From Chiloscyllium plagiosum (taxonomy: Eukaryota), in the NCBI RefSeq assembly GCF_004010195.1, contig NC_057719.1, positions 30,313,853-30,377,852 on the forward strand: a stretch of DNA of 64,000 nt, in the 5' to 3' direction. Position 1 is the first letter of the stretch; each line of letters begins with the position of its first letter. The notes beneath the pieces are model-generated. The model worked only from the letters and a program-made list of their open reading frames with translations, made no database searches and was not told where the DNA came from. Shown here piece by piece: positions 1-12,974 of the stretch. Made by a program: the position numbers and the translations under genes.

Positions 1-856
1 AAAGTCAGTGGAGTAGTGGACATTGTAGAAGAATGTTGCAGGTTGCAGGGGGACTTGGATAAACTGCAGAATTGGGCTGAGATGACAAATGGAGTTCAAT
101 GCAGATAAATGTGAGGTGATTCACTTTGGGAAGAATAACAGGAAGGCAGAATACTGGGTCATTGGAAAGATCTGGGTCTTGGTAGTGTGGATGTGCAGAG
201 GGATCTTGGAGTCTGCGTACAGAGATGCTTGCAAGTTGCCTCTCAGGTTGATAGTGCTGTTAAGAAGGCATACGGTATGTTAGGTATTTTTGGTAGTGGG
301 ATTGAGTTCCGGAGCCATAATGACATGTTGCAACTATACAAAATGCTAGTGTGGCCGCACTTGGAAGATTGTATACAGTTCTGGTCACCCCATTACAGGA
401 AGGATGTGGAAACATTGGAAAAGGTGCAGAGAAGATCTACCAGGATGTTGCCTGGTCTGGAGGGAGGCTCTTATGAGGAAAGGCTGAGAGACTTGGGTCT
501 GTTCTCATTGGAAAGAAGAAGGCTAAGAGGTGATTTGATAGAGACATACAAGATGATCAGAGGATTAGATAGGGTGGACAGTGAAAGTCTTTTTCCTAGG
601 ATGATGACGTCACCTTGTACAAGGGGGCATAGCTACAAATTGAGTGGTGATAGATTTAAAACCGATGTCAGAGGCAGGGTCTTTACTCAGAGAGTGGTTA
701 GGGCATGGAATGCCCTGCCTGCCAATGTAGTTAACCCAGCCACATTAGGGAGATGGGCTTAGTGTAGGAGGATGAGTTTAGATTAGTTCACAGGTTGGCA
801 CAACATCGAGGGCCGAAGGTCCTGTTCTGCGCTGTATTCTATGTTCTCTGTTCTAA
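1..856 (+). mobile_element. CR1 (HER1-like) LINE 3' fragment
   Basis: ORFs 89..283 and 187..762 encode the CR1 ORF2 C-terminus (MEFNADKCEVIHFG, QFWSPHYRKD, LFSLERRRLRGDLIE); short-repeat tail tattctatgttct. Confidence 0.95.
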
Positions 857-2269
857 ATGTGATCTAATAAAGCTATTGTATCATTGAAGGAAGATTTTGC
901 TAATCATGTATGCAAATCCTCTTGTGATATAGGCTAACATGCCATTAATCTTCATTTTGCTTACTGAGCTTGCATGTTAGTCTTCAATGAATTATTGACA
1001 AGGACACGTGTCCCTTTGTAAATCTACACTTTCTAGTCTCTTACCACCCTGTAGATGAATCTAATGTAGGCCATCAAAGCTAAACTTAAATCTGTCTACC
1101 CTAACAACTAGTTATTGCACTTTCAACATGATCATTAGATGACTTTTTGAGAAGAATATATCATCAATGGTTAAATAAAAATGTTAAGGAACGTATAAAC
1201 TTGAAAGAAACATTCAGCAAATCTACATAGATTTGTGGTAGATTGGTCAGATTTTAAGAAGCAAAGTATAAACTAAATAAAGAGGAAAAAGTTAGAATAT
1301 GAGAGAAAGCTAGTTAATAATATAAAAGGAGATAGTAACAGTTTCAACAAGTATTTAAACAAGACAAAAAAAATAACTACACCTCCTGTTGATCCTCTGG
1401 AGAGTGAATCTGGGAAATGGTAATAGATAACAATGAAATGACAGAGGTGTTGAACAATTATTTTGGGCTAAATTTAGTACTCTGCACAAAGTGTGGTGGT
1501 GGGTAACTGCCACTCCACTCCAACTGGCAAGAAGGACCATCAGATCACACTCCAAACAGTCACTTAAGAGCAAACTGGGGGCTTGTCAGGCTATTAGATG
1601 CCTCAGCATTACGTCCTACCCTGCCAGAGGCTCAGTTAGTTGGACTTAGAGACAATGTCAGAAGCAAGCTTTATACAGAAAAGAACATTTAAGCTGTACC
1701 TTTGAAACTACAACTGAATTATACTGTGTCTGAGAAGTTGGGAAGTCAGTGAGAACTTGAGAGCAATTAGATAGCTCTAAGTTGATGGAACTGATAAAGC
1801 AAACAAGGAATTAGTAGGCAGTTTAGTGTTGGAGTCAGGACTCCAGAAATGTCCCAAGAACTGTGTCATTAAGAGTTCAGTGTAGCTGAGTGAGGATGAA
1901 AAAGCCCACAACTAATACTTGTTAGTAATATGTTTTGATTCCATCTGTTTGATGTGTTTTCTGGGATGTTCAACCAATGTTATCAATATTTGCTTCATGT
2001 TATATTTGTCATGTTAGAATATAAGTCACATCTATACTAACACAGTATAAATCTTTTTTGTCAATCTTTGCGTGTTTATTTAAGTCATATTTATAGTAAA
2101 CTTATTATTCTTTGATAAAAGAAATCTGGCTGAATTCTTTCTAATACTAAACAAGATACAGTCTAAAATCTATATAAGTATCTATAGCAGCACCCTGATT
2201 TAAAATTTTAATTTATGGAGACGATGGAGGAGTGGGACTAGAAAGGAACAGATACACACCCCAATGTTG

Positions 2270-3240
2270 AAGGTAAAACTTCCCAAAGATATTTGAAAAT
2301 TAAGCAGTGGGAGGGAGGAATTTAAAACAATCACCAACAGAGAAAATGTAGTGGGAAAACAATTAGAGCTAAATAATGACGTCTTTAGGAGCGGGCCTGC
2401 ATTCCAGAATCCTAAAAGAAATGGCTTCAGAGATAGTAATGTGAATATTATAATCTTCCAAAATTTCTTAGATTCTGTTAGGTCCATGCAGAGTGCAAAA
2501 TAGCTTGTAAAACATTTATTCAAGAATGGAGAGACAGTCAGTAGAAAACTCTAAGCCGGTAAGGCTAAAGTCTGTCACAGGGACATTGTGAGAATCCATT
2601 ATTAAGGAGGTGATACTTAAAACATCATAATATGATCAGGCAGAGTCATCATGGCTTTGTAAAAAGAAAATTGTTGTTACAAGCATATTAAGAACTCTTT
2701 GAGGAAGTAATGAGAAAGGTGGATGCAGAGAAACAAATAGATTTGGATTTTCAAAAGACGTTTGATAGATGCCACATCAAAAGTTGCTGCACAGAATATG
2801 AGCTGATGCAAGAGTTCACAATAGCATGGATAAAGAATTGGTTAGCTAACAGGAAGCAATGATTAAGTGTAATTGGGTCTATTTTTGCTTTGGTAAGCTG
2901 TTACTAGTGGAATGCCAGAGGGATCAATGGCAGGGCCTCAATCTATTCCTAAAAAATTTATAATCTACGTCAATATCTTGTATGAAGGGATTAAATGTAT
3001 GGTTGCTAATTTTGGTGGTGGCACAAAAATAGATAGGAAAGTAAGTTTTGAAAAGGGGTCAATGTGCATGCAAAGTGATACAGACAGGTTAAGTGACTAG
3101 GCAAAATTTTAACAGATTGATTAGATGTGGGAGAAAGTGAACTCATTCACTTTAGCAGGAAGATTAGATAAGTAGTACATTAATTAAATAAAGAGATACT
3201 ATAAATTCAATGTTACAGTGGGATAGGTGTCCTGGTACAC
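2270..3240 (+). mobile_element. degenerate CR1 LINE (RT region)
   Basis: Decayed RT motifs (gattttcaaaagacgtttgata, VANFGGGTKI resembling SKFADDTK). Confidence 0.85.
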
Positions 3241-3580
3241 GATCTCATACCCAGGCTCAATCTCGTGAACCATTGCTTGACTGCCTCCATTACCAATATA
3301 TTTTTGCATAGATACCAAAACTATTCATAGTATTCTAGATGTGGTCTAATTAGTACCTCATATAGCTTTATCATGACTTCCCTATTTTTATATTCAATTT
3401 CCTTTGAAATAAAATACCAACGTTCAATTTGCTGAACTTGTAAGCTAGTCATTTTGCCATTTATGCACATGTATCTTTAAATCCTTCTGTGCTGCAGTTT
3501 TCTGCAGTTTTGTGTACTAAAATAATATTTACTTCTCTATTCTTGCATAACCTCATTTTTTTCACATTATATTCCATCTA
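3240..3580 (-). mobile_element. degenerate CR1 fragment, antisense
   Basis: Reverse complement resembles the CR1 ORF2 C-terminal region (LYxxLIRPHLEY-type motif). Confidence 0.65.
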
Positions 3581-4475
3581 ATATATATGAAAAAATAGTG
3601 TTGGTCCTATAGAAAATGAGTGTGGGGAATTGGTAATAGAGGATAAAGAGACGGCAGATGAATTGAACAGATACTGTGTCAGTCTTCACTAAAGAAGGTG
3701 TAAGTAACATCCTGAAAGTCATTATAAATCAGAAATTGAAAGGGAGGGAGAAACTCAGGAAAATTAAAATTGTATCACTGAGTAAATTGTTGGAAATATG
3801 AGGTGACACATCCCTGGACCCTGACTGACTGATTGAATCTGAGGTTCTTGAAAGAAGTAACTAATAAGATAGTTGATGCTTTGGTTTTAAGTTTTAAAAA
3901 CTGATAAAATAGGGGTAAGGTTCCTTTAAATTGGAAAATAGCTCATGTAACTCCTTTATTTAATTAGGGGGGGAGGCAGAAAGCAGGGAGGTACAGGCCA
4001 GATAGCATAAAACATCTATCATAGGGAATATATTAATAGCTATTATAACAGGACACTTGGATAAGTTCAATGTAATCAGCTGGGACCAACATAGTTTTGT
4101 AGAAGTAGTAGTGTTTAATTTAGTCAAATCCTTTAAAGAAGTAACTTATGCTAAAGGTAAAGGGGAACCAGCGAATGTACTGTACTTAGATTATCAGAAG
4201 GCATTTGATAAGGTGCCACATCAAAAGTTATTGCAGAAAATAAAATTAATGTTGTAGAGGGCAAATATTGGCTTGGGTAAAAGATTGGCCAGCTATCACA
4301 AAGCAAAAAGTAGGAATAAATGGATCTTTGTTCAGACTGGAAGAATATAACAAGTGGTATGCCATGGGTCAGTGCTGGGGGTTTAATTGTTTACAATTTA
4401 TATAATGATTTGGATGAAGGGACAGAAGGCATGATAGCTAAATCTGATGATGACACAATGATAGATTGGAAAGTA

Positions 4476-4692
4476 CTGGTAATTCTTCTATAACATAATG
4501 GTTGCGTTCATGTGCAACACTGTATTATAGAAAAATTGCACTTTAGAAACAGTACTTAACTTGTTGGTGATGTGACCGCATTACTGCCAATACATGTTTT
4601 AAAATTTTGCGCTACTGAATCAGTGCCCCAATTCGTCAATCACATTACAGTGAATTTGTTAATTAAAATCCACGTTATAGCGGAATGACCTG
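4476..4692. mobile_element. Tc1/mariner (Tigger-like) MITE
   Basis: Imperfect TIRs ctggtaattcttctataac and rev-comp caggtcattccgctataac; preceded by TA; splits CR1 sequence. Confidence 0.7.
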
Positions 4693-4934
4693 TTTGTTGT
4701 GATGGGGATATTAGGAGCCTACAAAGGGATAGAGATGGAATATGTGAATGGGCAAAGATCTGGCAAATGGAGCATACTGTGGGAAAGTATGAAATTGTGC
4801 ATTTTGACAGAGAATACAAAAAATCTTAATAGTGAAATGTTGAAGAGCTTGAGATAGAGAGATACCTGGGTGTCCTTGTGCATGAATCATAGAAGGTTAA
4901 TGCGCAGGTACAGCAAGTAATCAGGAAAGCAAAT

Positions 4935-5090
4935 CAGCAACATGGTGGCTCAGTGGTTAGCTATGCTACTTCACAGTGGCAGGGATCTGGGTTCGATTCC
5001 AACCTCGGGCGACTGGCTGTGTGGAGTTTGCACATTCTCCCTGGACTTGGGCCAGATGGCCTGTTTCCACACTATATGGATCCTATGATT
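4935..5090 (+). mobile_element. internally deleted HE1-like tRNA-derived SINE
   Basis: A-box tggctcagtgg, B-box ggttcgattcc, CR1-like tail; TSD CAAAT at 4930-4934 and 5091-5095. Confidence 0.85.
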
Positions 5091-5384
5091 CAAATAGAAT
5101 GTTATGTTTTATTGTGAGGGGAATTCAATGCACAGGTAGAGAAGTTATGCTTCAGTTATACAACACATTGTTGCAATTGCATCATGGCATACTGTGTGCA
5201 TAACTGATCACCATACTTACAGTAGAATGTAAATGCATTTGGAAGCATTTCTGGAAATATTTACTGCTAATTCAACGAGAGCTGAGGTATAAAATCAGAT
5301 CAGTCATGATCTTATTGAATGGAGCAGACTCGAAGGACCAAATGGCCTACTCTTGATCTCTGTTTCTACATTCATATGTTCATA

Positions 5385-7140
5385 TCTGCAAAGTTTTTAC
5401 TCACTCACCCAACCTGTACATAATCTTCTGTAGACTCTTTGTGTCATCCTCACCACTTTCCCTTCCACATAGTTTTGAGTCATCCTCAAATTGGTGACAT
5501 TATATTCACTCCTGTCATCCAGGTTATTAACATATGTTATAAATAATTATGGAACCATACGTGGTACTTCAGTTCTTACAAGTTACTATCCTGAAAATGT
5601 CCTTCTTATCCCCACTCTATTTCTATGACACAGAAATGTACAAAAATGGAGCGGGAATAGGTCATTCAATATCTATTGTCCAATTCAGTACCCTATTCAT
5701 GCTTTTGCCCCATATCTTTTGATCCCTTCAGCCTTAGGAACTATATCTAACTCTTTCTTGGAAACATTGAGTGTTATAGTCTCAATCGCTCCCTATAGCA
5801 GAAAATTCCACAACCCTGTGGGTGAAGATATTTCTCCTCATCTCAGTCCCAAATGGCCTACCCAATGTCCTTAACTGTGTACCCTAGTTCTGCACTCCCA
5901 GTTATCAGGAACATCCTTCCTGCATTTACCCTGTCTGTTAGTTAGCCAATCCTCAATCTATGCAAAAGTTCTGCTCCTAACCTCATGGTCTGCTGTCTTC
6001 AGTAGTCCTAATTTGCTATCTTATTGACTGCCCTCTGGAAATCCAAATATATTCATCTACTTGTTTCCCCTTTATCTGCTTGCTTATTACCTCCTTAAAT
6101 AATTCTGATAAATTTATCTGGCAAGATTTCCTGTCCATGAAGCTTTGCCGACTCTAAATGTATTTCTAAATGCTCTGCTTTTACATTCTTTATAATAGCA
6201 TTTTTCCCAATGACAGGTGTTAAACTAAGTGGCCGAAAGTTACCTGTTCTTTGTTTCTGTTGAATAAAGATGTTACATTGGCAGTTTTCCAATCCTCTGG
6301 GAATTTTCCAGAATCTTGGGATACTATATTTCTAGTTACATAGGATACTTTTTCTTTCAATTTGATGTTATCCTTAATTTCTTTGGCTAACCATGGTGAA
6401 CCTTTATTTAGAATTCTTCTTCATTGAGATATATCTGTTGTGAGCAATGAAGGATGTTTTAAATGTCTACCTGTTATTCATTAACCTTCCTTTCTGCTAA
6501 ACTTGTTTTCCAGTCCACTCCGGCCAACTCTGCTCTAATTTCTAAGCTGTGTTTTTCACTCCCAAACTGAATGCTGATGTCTATGATGTTACGGTTATTG
6601 TTGCCAAGGGGATTTTTACTCAGCGGATCATTTATTAAATGTGCCTCATTACTCATTACCAGATCAAGAATATCCTAATGCTTGGTTAGATCAACAACAT
6701 ATTGCTCTAGGAAACTGTCCCAAATACGTTCTATGAATTATTTCTGGTGGCTACTTTCACTAATTTGATTTTCCCTATCTACATGCTGATTAAAGTCAGC
6801 CGTGATTAATGTGCTGCCTTTTAAAATGACCTAATTATCTTCTGTTTTATTGTCTGTCCAAATGAATAGGTACTGTTAGGGATTTTTGCATATTACCATT
6901 AGTGTCATCTTTCCTTTGCTATTCCTTACCTCCAGTCATGCAGATTCAATGTCTTCCAGCTCAAGATTGTTTCTTGCAACACTCCAACACCCTTTCCTTT
7001 CTTCTTCTCCTTTCAATAGTTCATTTACCGCTGAATACCTAGTTCCCAGCTTTGATCTCCTTGTAAACCAAGTCTCTGTAATGCCTATAAGATCATACCC
7101 ATTGAGCTCTAATTGTGCCATTGATTAATTTATTTTTGTT
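5385..7140 (-). mobile_element. antisense CR1 fragments (nested 3' end about 5627-5935; RT and endonuclease remnants)
   Basis: Minus ORFs GNFRPLSLTPVIGK and YDLIGITETW (APE endonuclease motif). Confidence 0.85.
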
Positions 7141-7943
7141 CCTAACATGTGACATGAATACCATGTGACAAAATTCTGCTCTTAACCCCATGGTCTGTTG
7201 TCTTCATAGCTCTAATTTGCTATCTTATTGACTGCCCTCTGGAAATCCAAATATATTCATCTACTTGTTTCCCCTTTATCTGCTAGTGGAAGTTATTGGG
7301 TGTGATCTTGTAACCATTATTGAGATACCATTATGTTTAAGTGGAAACCACAGGGGAGAAATAACTTCCCAAACCATTCTAATTTTGAGTAGAATTTGTA
7401 CCTTCATTATTGATTACAGCGAAAGGGGACATTATTGACCATCATATTTTTGTAAGGTTTCAGCTCCTGTAACAGTGTGGAGGGTGGTGTTGTCACTGCT
7501 GCAGCAACTCCATCATGAGGGTTTTGCACATTTTATGGAACAACCTCTAAATTGATTCAATATTCAACATTCAGAGTTGCCTCAAAGGGTACTTTGCTCT
7601 TGCATAGTTTTGTACAAGCATTGCAAAGGAATAGCATGATTAAAAGAGATGCTGTATTCTTAATTAATCTATTTCAACAGAGTAATACAGGCAATTTTGT
7701 GAAAATTATTTTCTTAGTTTGATGCAAAATATGTATTTATTTGCTTCATAGTTATAAAGGAAAAGCAATGTATTGTACTTTGAAGCATTTTTATATGAAA
7801 TGCATTATAAAAACATTTTAATCGCAAAATATTTTATGTTCATCTAGTGACTTGTAAGCTGAAATCTCTAAATCTATTTTCAAACTTTTCTGCTAATTCT
7901 TGCTCATTCCCTCCTTTTTCTGTGTGTCTTGCTATCTCTGAAG

Positions 7944-7958
7944 GCAGGGAATAGTCAG
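7944..7958 (+). CDS. EML5: EML5 15-nt microexon, (R)QGIV(R)
   Basis: Long pyrimidine tract, ...ttgctatctctgaAG|GCAGGGAATAGTCAG|GTAAGC. Phase 2/2. Peptide resembles recalled mammalian EML5 RQGVVR. Confidence 0.85.
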
Positions 7959-8139
7959 GTAAGCACAACACTTATGCATTTAGCTATCGTAAAACACAGC
8001 AAGACAACAAATGTATCAAATAATGAATTTAATTATTCTTTCACTGATATCTGAAACATTCAAACCATTATTCTTTAGTATATTTTAACCTTCTGAAAGG
8101 TGAGAGGCATATTATGTATCAAAGGAAATATATATTGTT

Positions 8140-8325
8140 GATAATTAAAGCACAGCATGATCAAAATACTTAGTAATTCCAGTATAATGTGGAGAGAGAG
8201 AAAAAGTTATCATTGTAGGATCAAACTGATGAAAGGTCGAAAACTAACTGATGCGTTTCACTCTCCACAGATGCTGCCAGACCCACTGAGTATTCCCAGC
8301 ATTTTCTGACTTTTGTTTGTAAATT
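8140..8325. mobile_element. degenerate palindromic Penelope-like terminus element
   Basis: ctgatgaaaggtc...ctctccacagatgctgccagacccactgagtattcccagcattt, homologous to copies at 11482 and 24570. Confidence 0.55.
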
Positions 8326-9189
8326 TCTAGGAACTCTTGTACTTTGTTTTTCATATTGCTTTATAGATGCTATTTACATTTTATGATTTCAGGTGCCCTC
8401 TATGTTCCTATCCAAACTTTGCAATATGTTTTACAACAGGAAGTTCCCTATTTGATTTTCACCTTGGCTATAACTTCTCCGTTTCTCGGTGAAGCAGCCT
8501 CTGCATATTATCATCCATCAAAACAGGCTGTGAAGGTTAGCTAGAATTATCTCTGGGAAGTATTCATAAAAGGACTGTTTTGAATGTAATCTTGTTTCAT
8601 GGGAAGATCTTGCATTAGCTGTCTTAATGTAAGCTAGTAGTAATGCTTGTTTTCAGCATTAGCTTCAGAGCAATCAGTCAGTTCTGACACTATCATCATA
8701 ATGAACATTGCACACTGGCTTGCCCACAAAGTATCTGAAGGTATATGTTTATGTCTAGTAAGCAACATAGCTCAGTCTGAAAATAATGGGACTGACAATA
8801 TTTATTGTGTTGGAAACTTTCTTTCCAGTACCTGAGCTGAATTTGAACCAAATCCCTGGCTTAAGGGTATCTGATCCATTTGCTTTAACCATGCTCGTCA
8901 ACCTGTTATACTTTTAGTTCCTCCAATCTTCTATCCATGCAGGCAGTTGTAAGCAAATATTATCTTGCTACTAAGTTCATCTTTACCTCTCTTACAACAT
9001 GCAAAATGAATATTTTAACAACATAAATTGATTAATTAAAGATAGTAAATTTGTAGAAATTGTGCTTGCCCACTTTTACTGTAAACTAGCTAATTAATTT
9101 GCAAATAGAAAGGCCAGCAGAAAAAAGACGATAGAAGAAGATTTTGAGAAGTAGGAAGATCTGCCCCAGTACTATCTTAGTTTGACTGG

Positions 9190-9520
9190 GTCAGAAGTAC
9201 TTTCACTTCAGGCTCTGAATGTAAAACCAACTCCAGTACAAGGAAATGGTGCATTGTTGTAGGTGCTGGCTTTCAGTTAATAAAATTATACCAACAGCCT
9301 CATTTGCCTATTGAAGTGGATTTAAAAGCTACAAAACATTTTCAAGTAAGAACAATGTGTTCCCCTGGAACCCTATCAACTCTCATCCCACAGTCAGCAA
9401 TACAAAAGTAGATGAAGTATGTTGCTGTTTGTGGGGGTGTGTTTGCTCAAATTAATTTTCGCAAATTCCCTGCCTGTGAAATACTTCAGAATTTTCTGAG
9501 GATATAAAATACATTATTTA
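9190..9520 (+). mobile_element. old Deu-domain SINE (SacSINE1-like)
   Basis: Segments gcattgttgtaggtgctggctttcag and ttgctgtttgtggg resemble the recalled DeuSINE core; highly diverged. Confidence 0.6.
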
Positions 9521-11000
9521 AGTCCAAAATGTTTTATTTTTTTGATGAGAATGTACACTAATGACATTTATATATCTAAGTACAATTGTAAGAATATATA
9601 ATTGTTATTTCTAGACAGTGGTCTTTGATGCTATTAATAGCTGTACTTTTGAATTTCAGTAATTGTCCTATCATCCTGCCAGGTTCACACAATCATTTCC
9701 TTGGTTGACTGCAGTTCTTGGTTTTAAAGCTTAAGCTTTGCAAATTAATCTGTTTTCATTGTTCTTTGTCTGATAGGCCCAGGTATATTTATCAACATTT
9801 TTAATCATGAAGTCCCAAGCCTGAGTCCTCTGCCACTGACAATTATCTCTTCATGAAGGATACATGCTTTTCTGCAGTTTAATCCTCTTGATTTGAATTT
9901 GTTAAAACAAAATAAGAAATAATTTGATTTTTCATATATAATAATAGTGAATTATTATGAAAAAAATAATTATGAAAATGTAACTATCCTATAAAGTTCT
10001 AATTTGCTTAAATGTGATATGTCTGGGTTTCAGTTTTTTGCCACTGCCAACACTGCAATGGGTCAAATACTTTGCTCAAGATAAGTATTTTCTGTCAAAG
10101 AAGAGCAAATTTAAATAATGTCAATTTACCACTGAATGCAGTCGAATGAATTGTTGACTTTAAATTGGAAGGCTTTGATGTGGAAAATGAAATTGGATCT
10201 GTTTGTCAATGACTGAACACAATTATTACTTTAAATTTGCCTCTTTCAAATCTAATACTTTTGATGTGGGCAACATGCCAAAAATACCTAGTGCATTGCT
10301 ACATCAATGATGGAACATGTACTGTTGTTATAAAGGGATCATGACATTAAATGGAATAAAAGTCTCACTCATGTCCTGCTATGCTAACCTCTTTCGACTG
10401 TGGAATAGCCATTGAAAAATAATTGATATTTACAATATAGAAGGAGGATACTTGACTCGTAAATAATTTTAGCACTCCCACTCCTTGGTAGTTATATGGG
10501 GCAGGTGACTCAATCATACATAGCAATTAAACACTACTACAGGGCTCTTTGTGATCTAGTGAGTAAAAGCACCATTAGGGTTATTACCAAGTATTTGAAA
10601 TCGGAAATCTCATAATTGATAGCTAATCTGTGGTGAGGGTATTGCTGTAGGATGGTCAGATATGCTATAGTCCATCAGAATGACCATCAGTTAGAGAGGA
10701 AAATAATCAGTGCTTCACATGCTTGGTTGACATTAGTATCGTCTACTGAAATGCAAATGTTGATAAGATGTCAGTGAAAAATTAGATTGAACCAGACTTT
10801 CTTCTATGGCCAATAACATGTAACAATCGCTTTCTTTACTCGAGCCTGAAACTACCATTCATGAATCATAGTGTGAAGTGTTAATGATTTTGGGAGATAG
10901 ATGAAGAACTGGAAACAGTATATTGTCTAACTGTTTCCAAAGAAGATACTTTTTGGGGCACACTCACCCTTAAGCCAAGCTTTTCCATCAGCAGGTAGTA

Positions 11001-11221
11001 AAAAATGAGGACTGCAGATGCTGGAGATCAGAGTCGAGAGTGTGGTGCTGGAAAAATGTAGCAGGTCAGGCAGCATCCGAGGAGCAGGAGAATTCTTGTT
11101 TCGGGCATAAGCCCTTTTTCAGGAATTCCTGATGCTATTCCTGACAAAGGGCTTATGCCTGAAATGTCGATTCTCCTGCTCCTGAGACTCTGCCTGACCT
11201 GCTGTGCTTTTCCATCAACAA
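11001..11221. mobile_element. palindromic Penelope-like terminus element with two opposed degenerate hammerhead cores
   Basis: About 80-bp inverted arms around ~11130; gggcttatgcc stem-loop on both strands. Confidence 0.8.
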
Positions 11222-11481
11222 CCCACTTCCCTTACTTCAACAACTCTATGACATTGACTAGATGTAGACTTAATCAAACATGTAGAGGAAACGGACAGAA
11301 TTAGATTACCTACCTTTGCTGCGGTCTTCATTACTTGTTTGTGACTTTTGGATAGTTGCCACCTTGCTTTCATTTTCAATAGGTTCCATATGCAATTTAC
11401 AAGGTGGTTCAATGTTTGATTCTATAGGCAAAGCTACATTCAGTATTCCAATTCTACTGTAACAGAGTTAATCCTCAGCCA

Positions 11482-11660
11482 AAAAAACAGAAAGAACTGC
11501 CCATACTGGAAATCTGAAACAAAACCTGAAATTGCTGGAAAAACTCAGCAGGTCTGGCAGCATCTGTGGAGAGACGTCAGTGTTAATGTTTCAGGTCCAG
11601 TGAACCTTCTTCAGAACCCTTCTGCCAGACCTGAGATTTTCCAGCAATATCTGTTTTTGT
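11482..11660. mobile_element. palindromic Penelope-like element, second subfamily
   Basis: attgctggaaaaactcagcaggtctggcag ... ctgccagacctgagattttccagcaat inverted arms. Confidence 0.7.
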
Positions 11661-12508
11661 GTTAGTTCTTAGCCCACTGGAATAGACCAACAGCTCAACA
11701 TTCACATTTGTGGTCTCTATAGATTTATTTCTGAGTCAACTATTCTTTTCCATTATAATGATAACAAATAGAAAATCACATTTATAATGTACAGGTATAC
11801 GGTTACTTTGAAGTTACTGTCCTGTCTGTTGGGTAATGACATAAGCAAAAACCTTGCATGTGGAATTTTTTCAGTGTTGCTACTATGTTTGAAATGGAAT
11901 GACCTTCACTCAATTGGAATCTGGTTTGATTCCCTTGAAAGCAGTTCTGTTAAATTAATATGATTCATGGAGGGGGTAACAATCCACAAATCTGATTTCT
12001 CCAAGGCTGTGATGGCCTCCTTTTTAAAAAAAAATGTTTTCTCACCCATGCCTTAAAATTAAATGCAAAGAACTCTTTGGCTTTTCCTTTCAAAGATCGG
12101 GCTCTTCAACTAGTTGACTCTAACTTGATCTTCCCTGTTCTACTGTTGGAAGCAGAACTTTCATCCATCTCTGAAAATCCTTACCTATATACCTCTAGCT
12201 CACTCTCCACCTTCAATCAAGCTCCAAATCACCTACACGTGCTTACTGCTTCTCTTCTTCTCTGAAGTGCTTGTCATCTTTGTTTTATATTAAAGATACT
12301 GTATAAATACAGATTGTATAAGAAATCTATTGTTAAGGAGATTGCCTAATTGGTTAAAATAAGTTTATATATAGAGTATAGTGCATATAATGTAAAATGA
12401 GAAAATGGAGTTTAACTTTATTTTCCATATTAACAAATGTATCCAAAGTTGTATAAAAGTTTACAAATTATAATAACTATTGCTCTTGTCTTGATTGCTG
12501 CTGTCAAG

Positions 12509-12517
12509 AGGGTCAAG
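12509..12517 (+). CDS. EML5: EML5 9-nt microexon, (R)GS(R)
   Basis: ttgattgctgctgtcaAG|AGGGTCAAG|GTAATT. Phase 2/2. Completes RQGIVRGSRPPVSR, as in the recalled mammalian long isoform RQGVVRGSRPPVSR. Confidence 0.8.
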
Positions 12518-12974
12518 GTAATTATATTTTCCATGTAATTACATTGTGCATTTATAAAGATTCACACCCTCATGTCATAGGTAAATGTATAAAAATGATA
12601 AATACAAATGTATTCCAGCATGAATAAACAGGAGCAGAGAGTAAACTCTTATTATTTTTATATAATGCAAGCCTGCCTGACGTCTGTTTTCAGATAACTT
12701 TCTAATGATATCAGCGTTAATCATTTTAAATCGCACCATTTTAAAATAAATTAAGTTTTAATGAATTCTATACTTGACTAACTTTACTAGTAGAATTGTT
12801 ATTAGTAGAATTGTTGACTGCTATGTCATTGTTCAAAGGTTATGTATTTTATAAAACATTGAAATTTAATTAGAAACTTTGGGCCAGATTTTCAGAGGGG
12901 CAATTTGCACAGATTGTGTCTTTGACTACACATTTTTTTTATGGAAGAAGGAAGCTTTGCATTTTGGAGTAGAG

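Larger units (their letters stand above)
3590..5380 (+). mobile_element. degenerate CR1 LINE interrupted by a MITE and a SINE
   Basis: ORF 4057..4257 YLDYQKAFDKVPH; continues through a DDT motif to a CR1 3' tail near 5380. Confidence 0.88.

Noticed and set aside
187..762. 191-aa ORF (and similar ORFs at 21896, 27962, 55339) as host genes
   Set aside because: All are fragments of CR1 ORF2 reverse transcriptase or C-terminus in truncated LINE copies.
1490..2200. Possible solo LTR interrupting CR1
   Set aside because: Composition is suggestive but I could not find matching TG...CA termini with a TSD.
1..7943. Further upstream EML5 exons
   Set aside because: No segment encoding the expected preceding peptide with splice sites was found; the region is almost entirely TE-derived.
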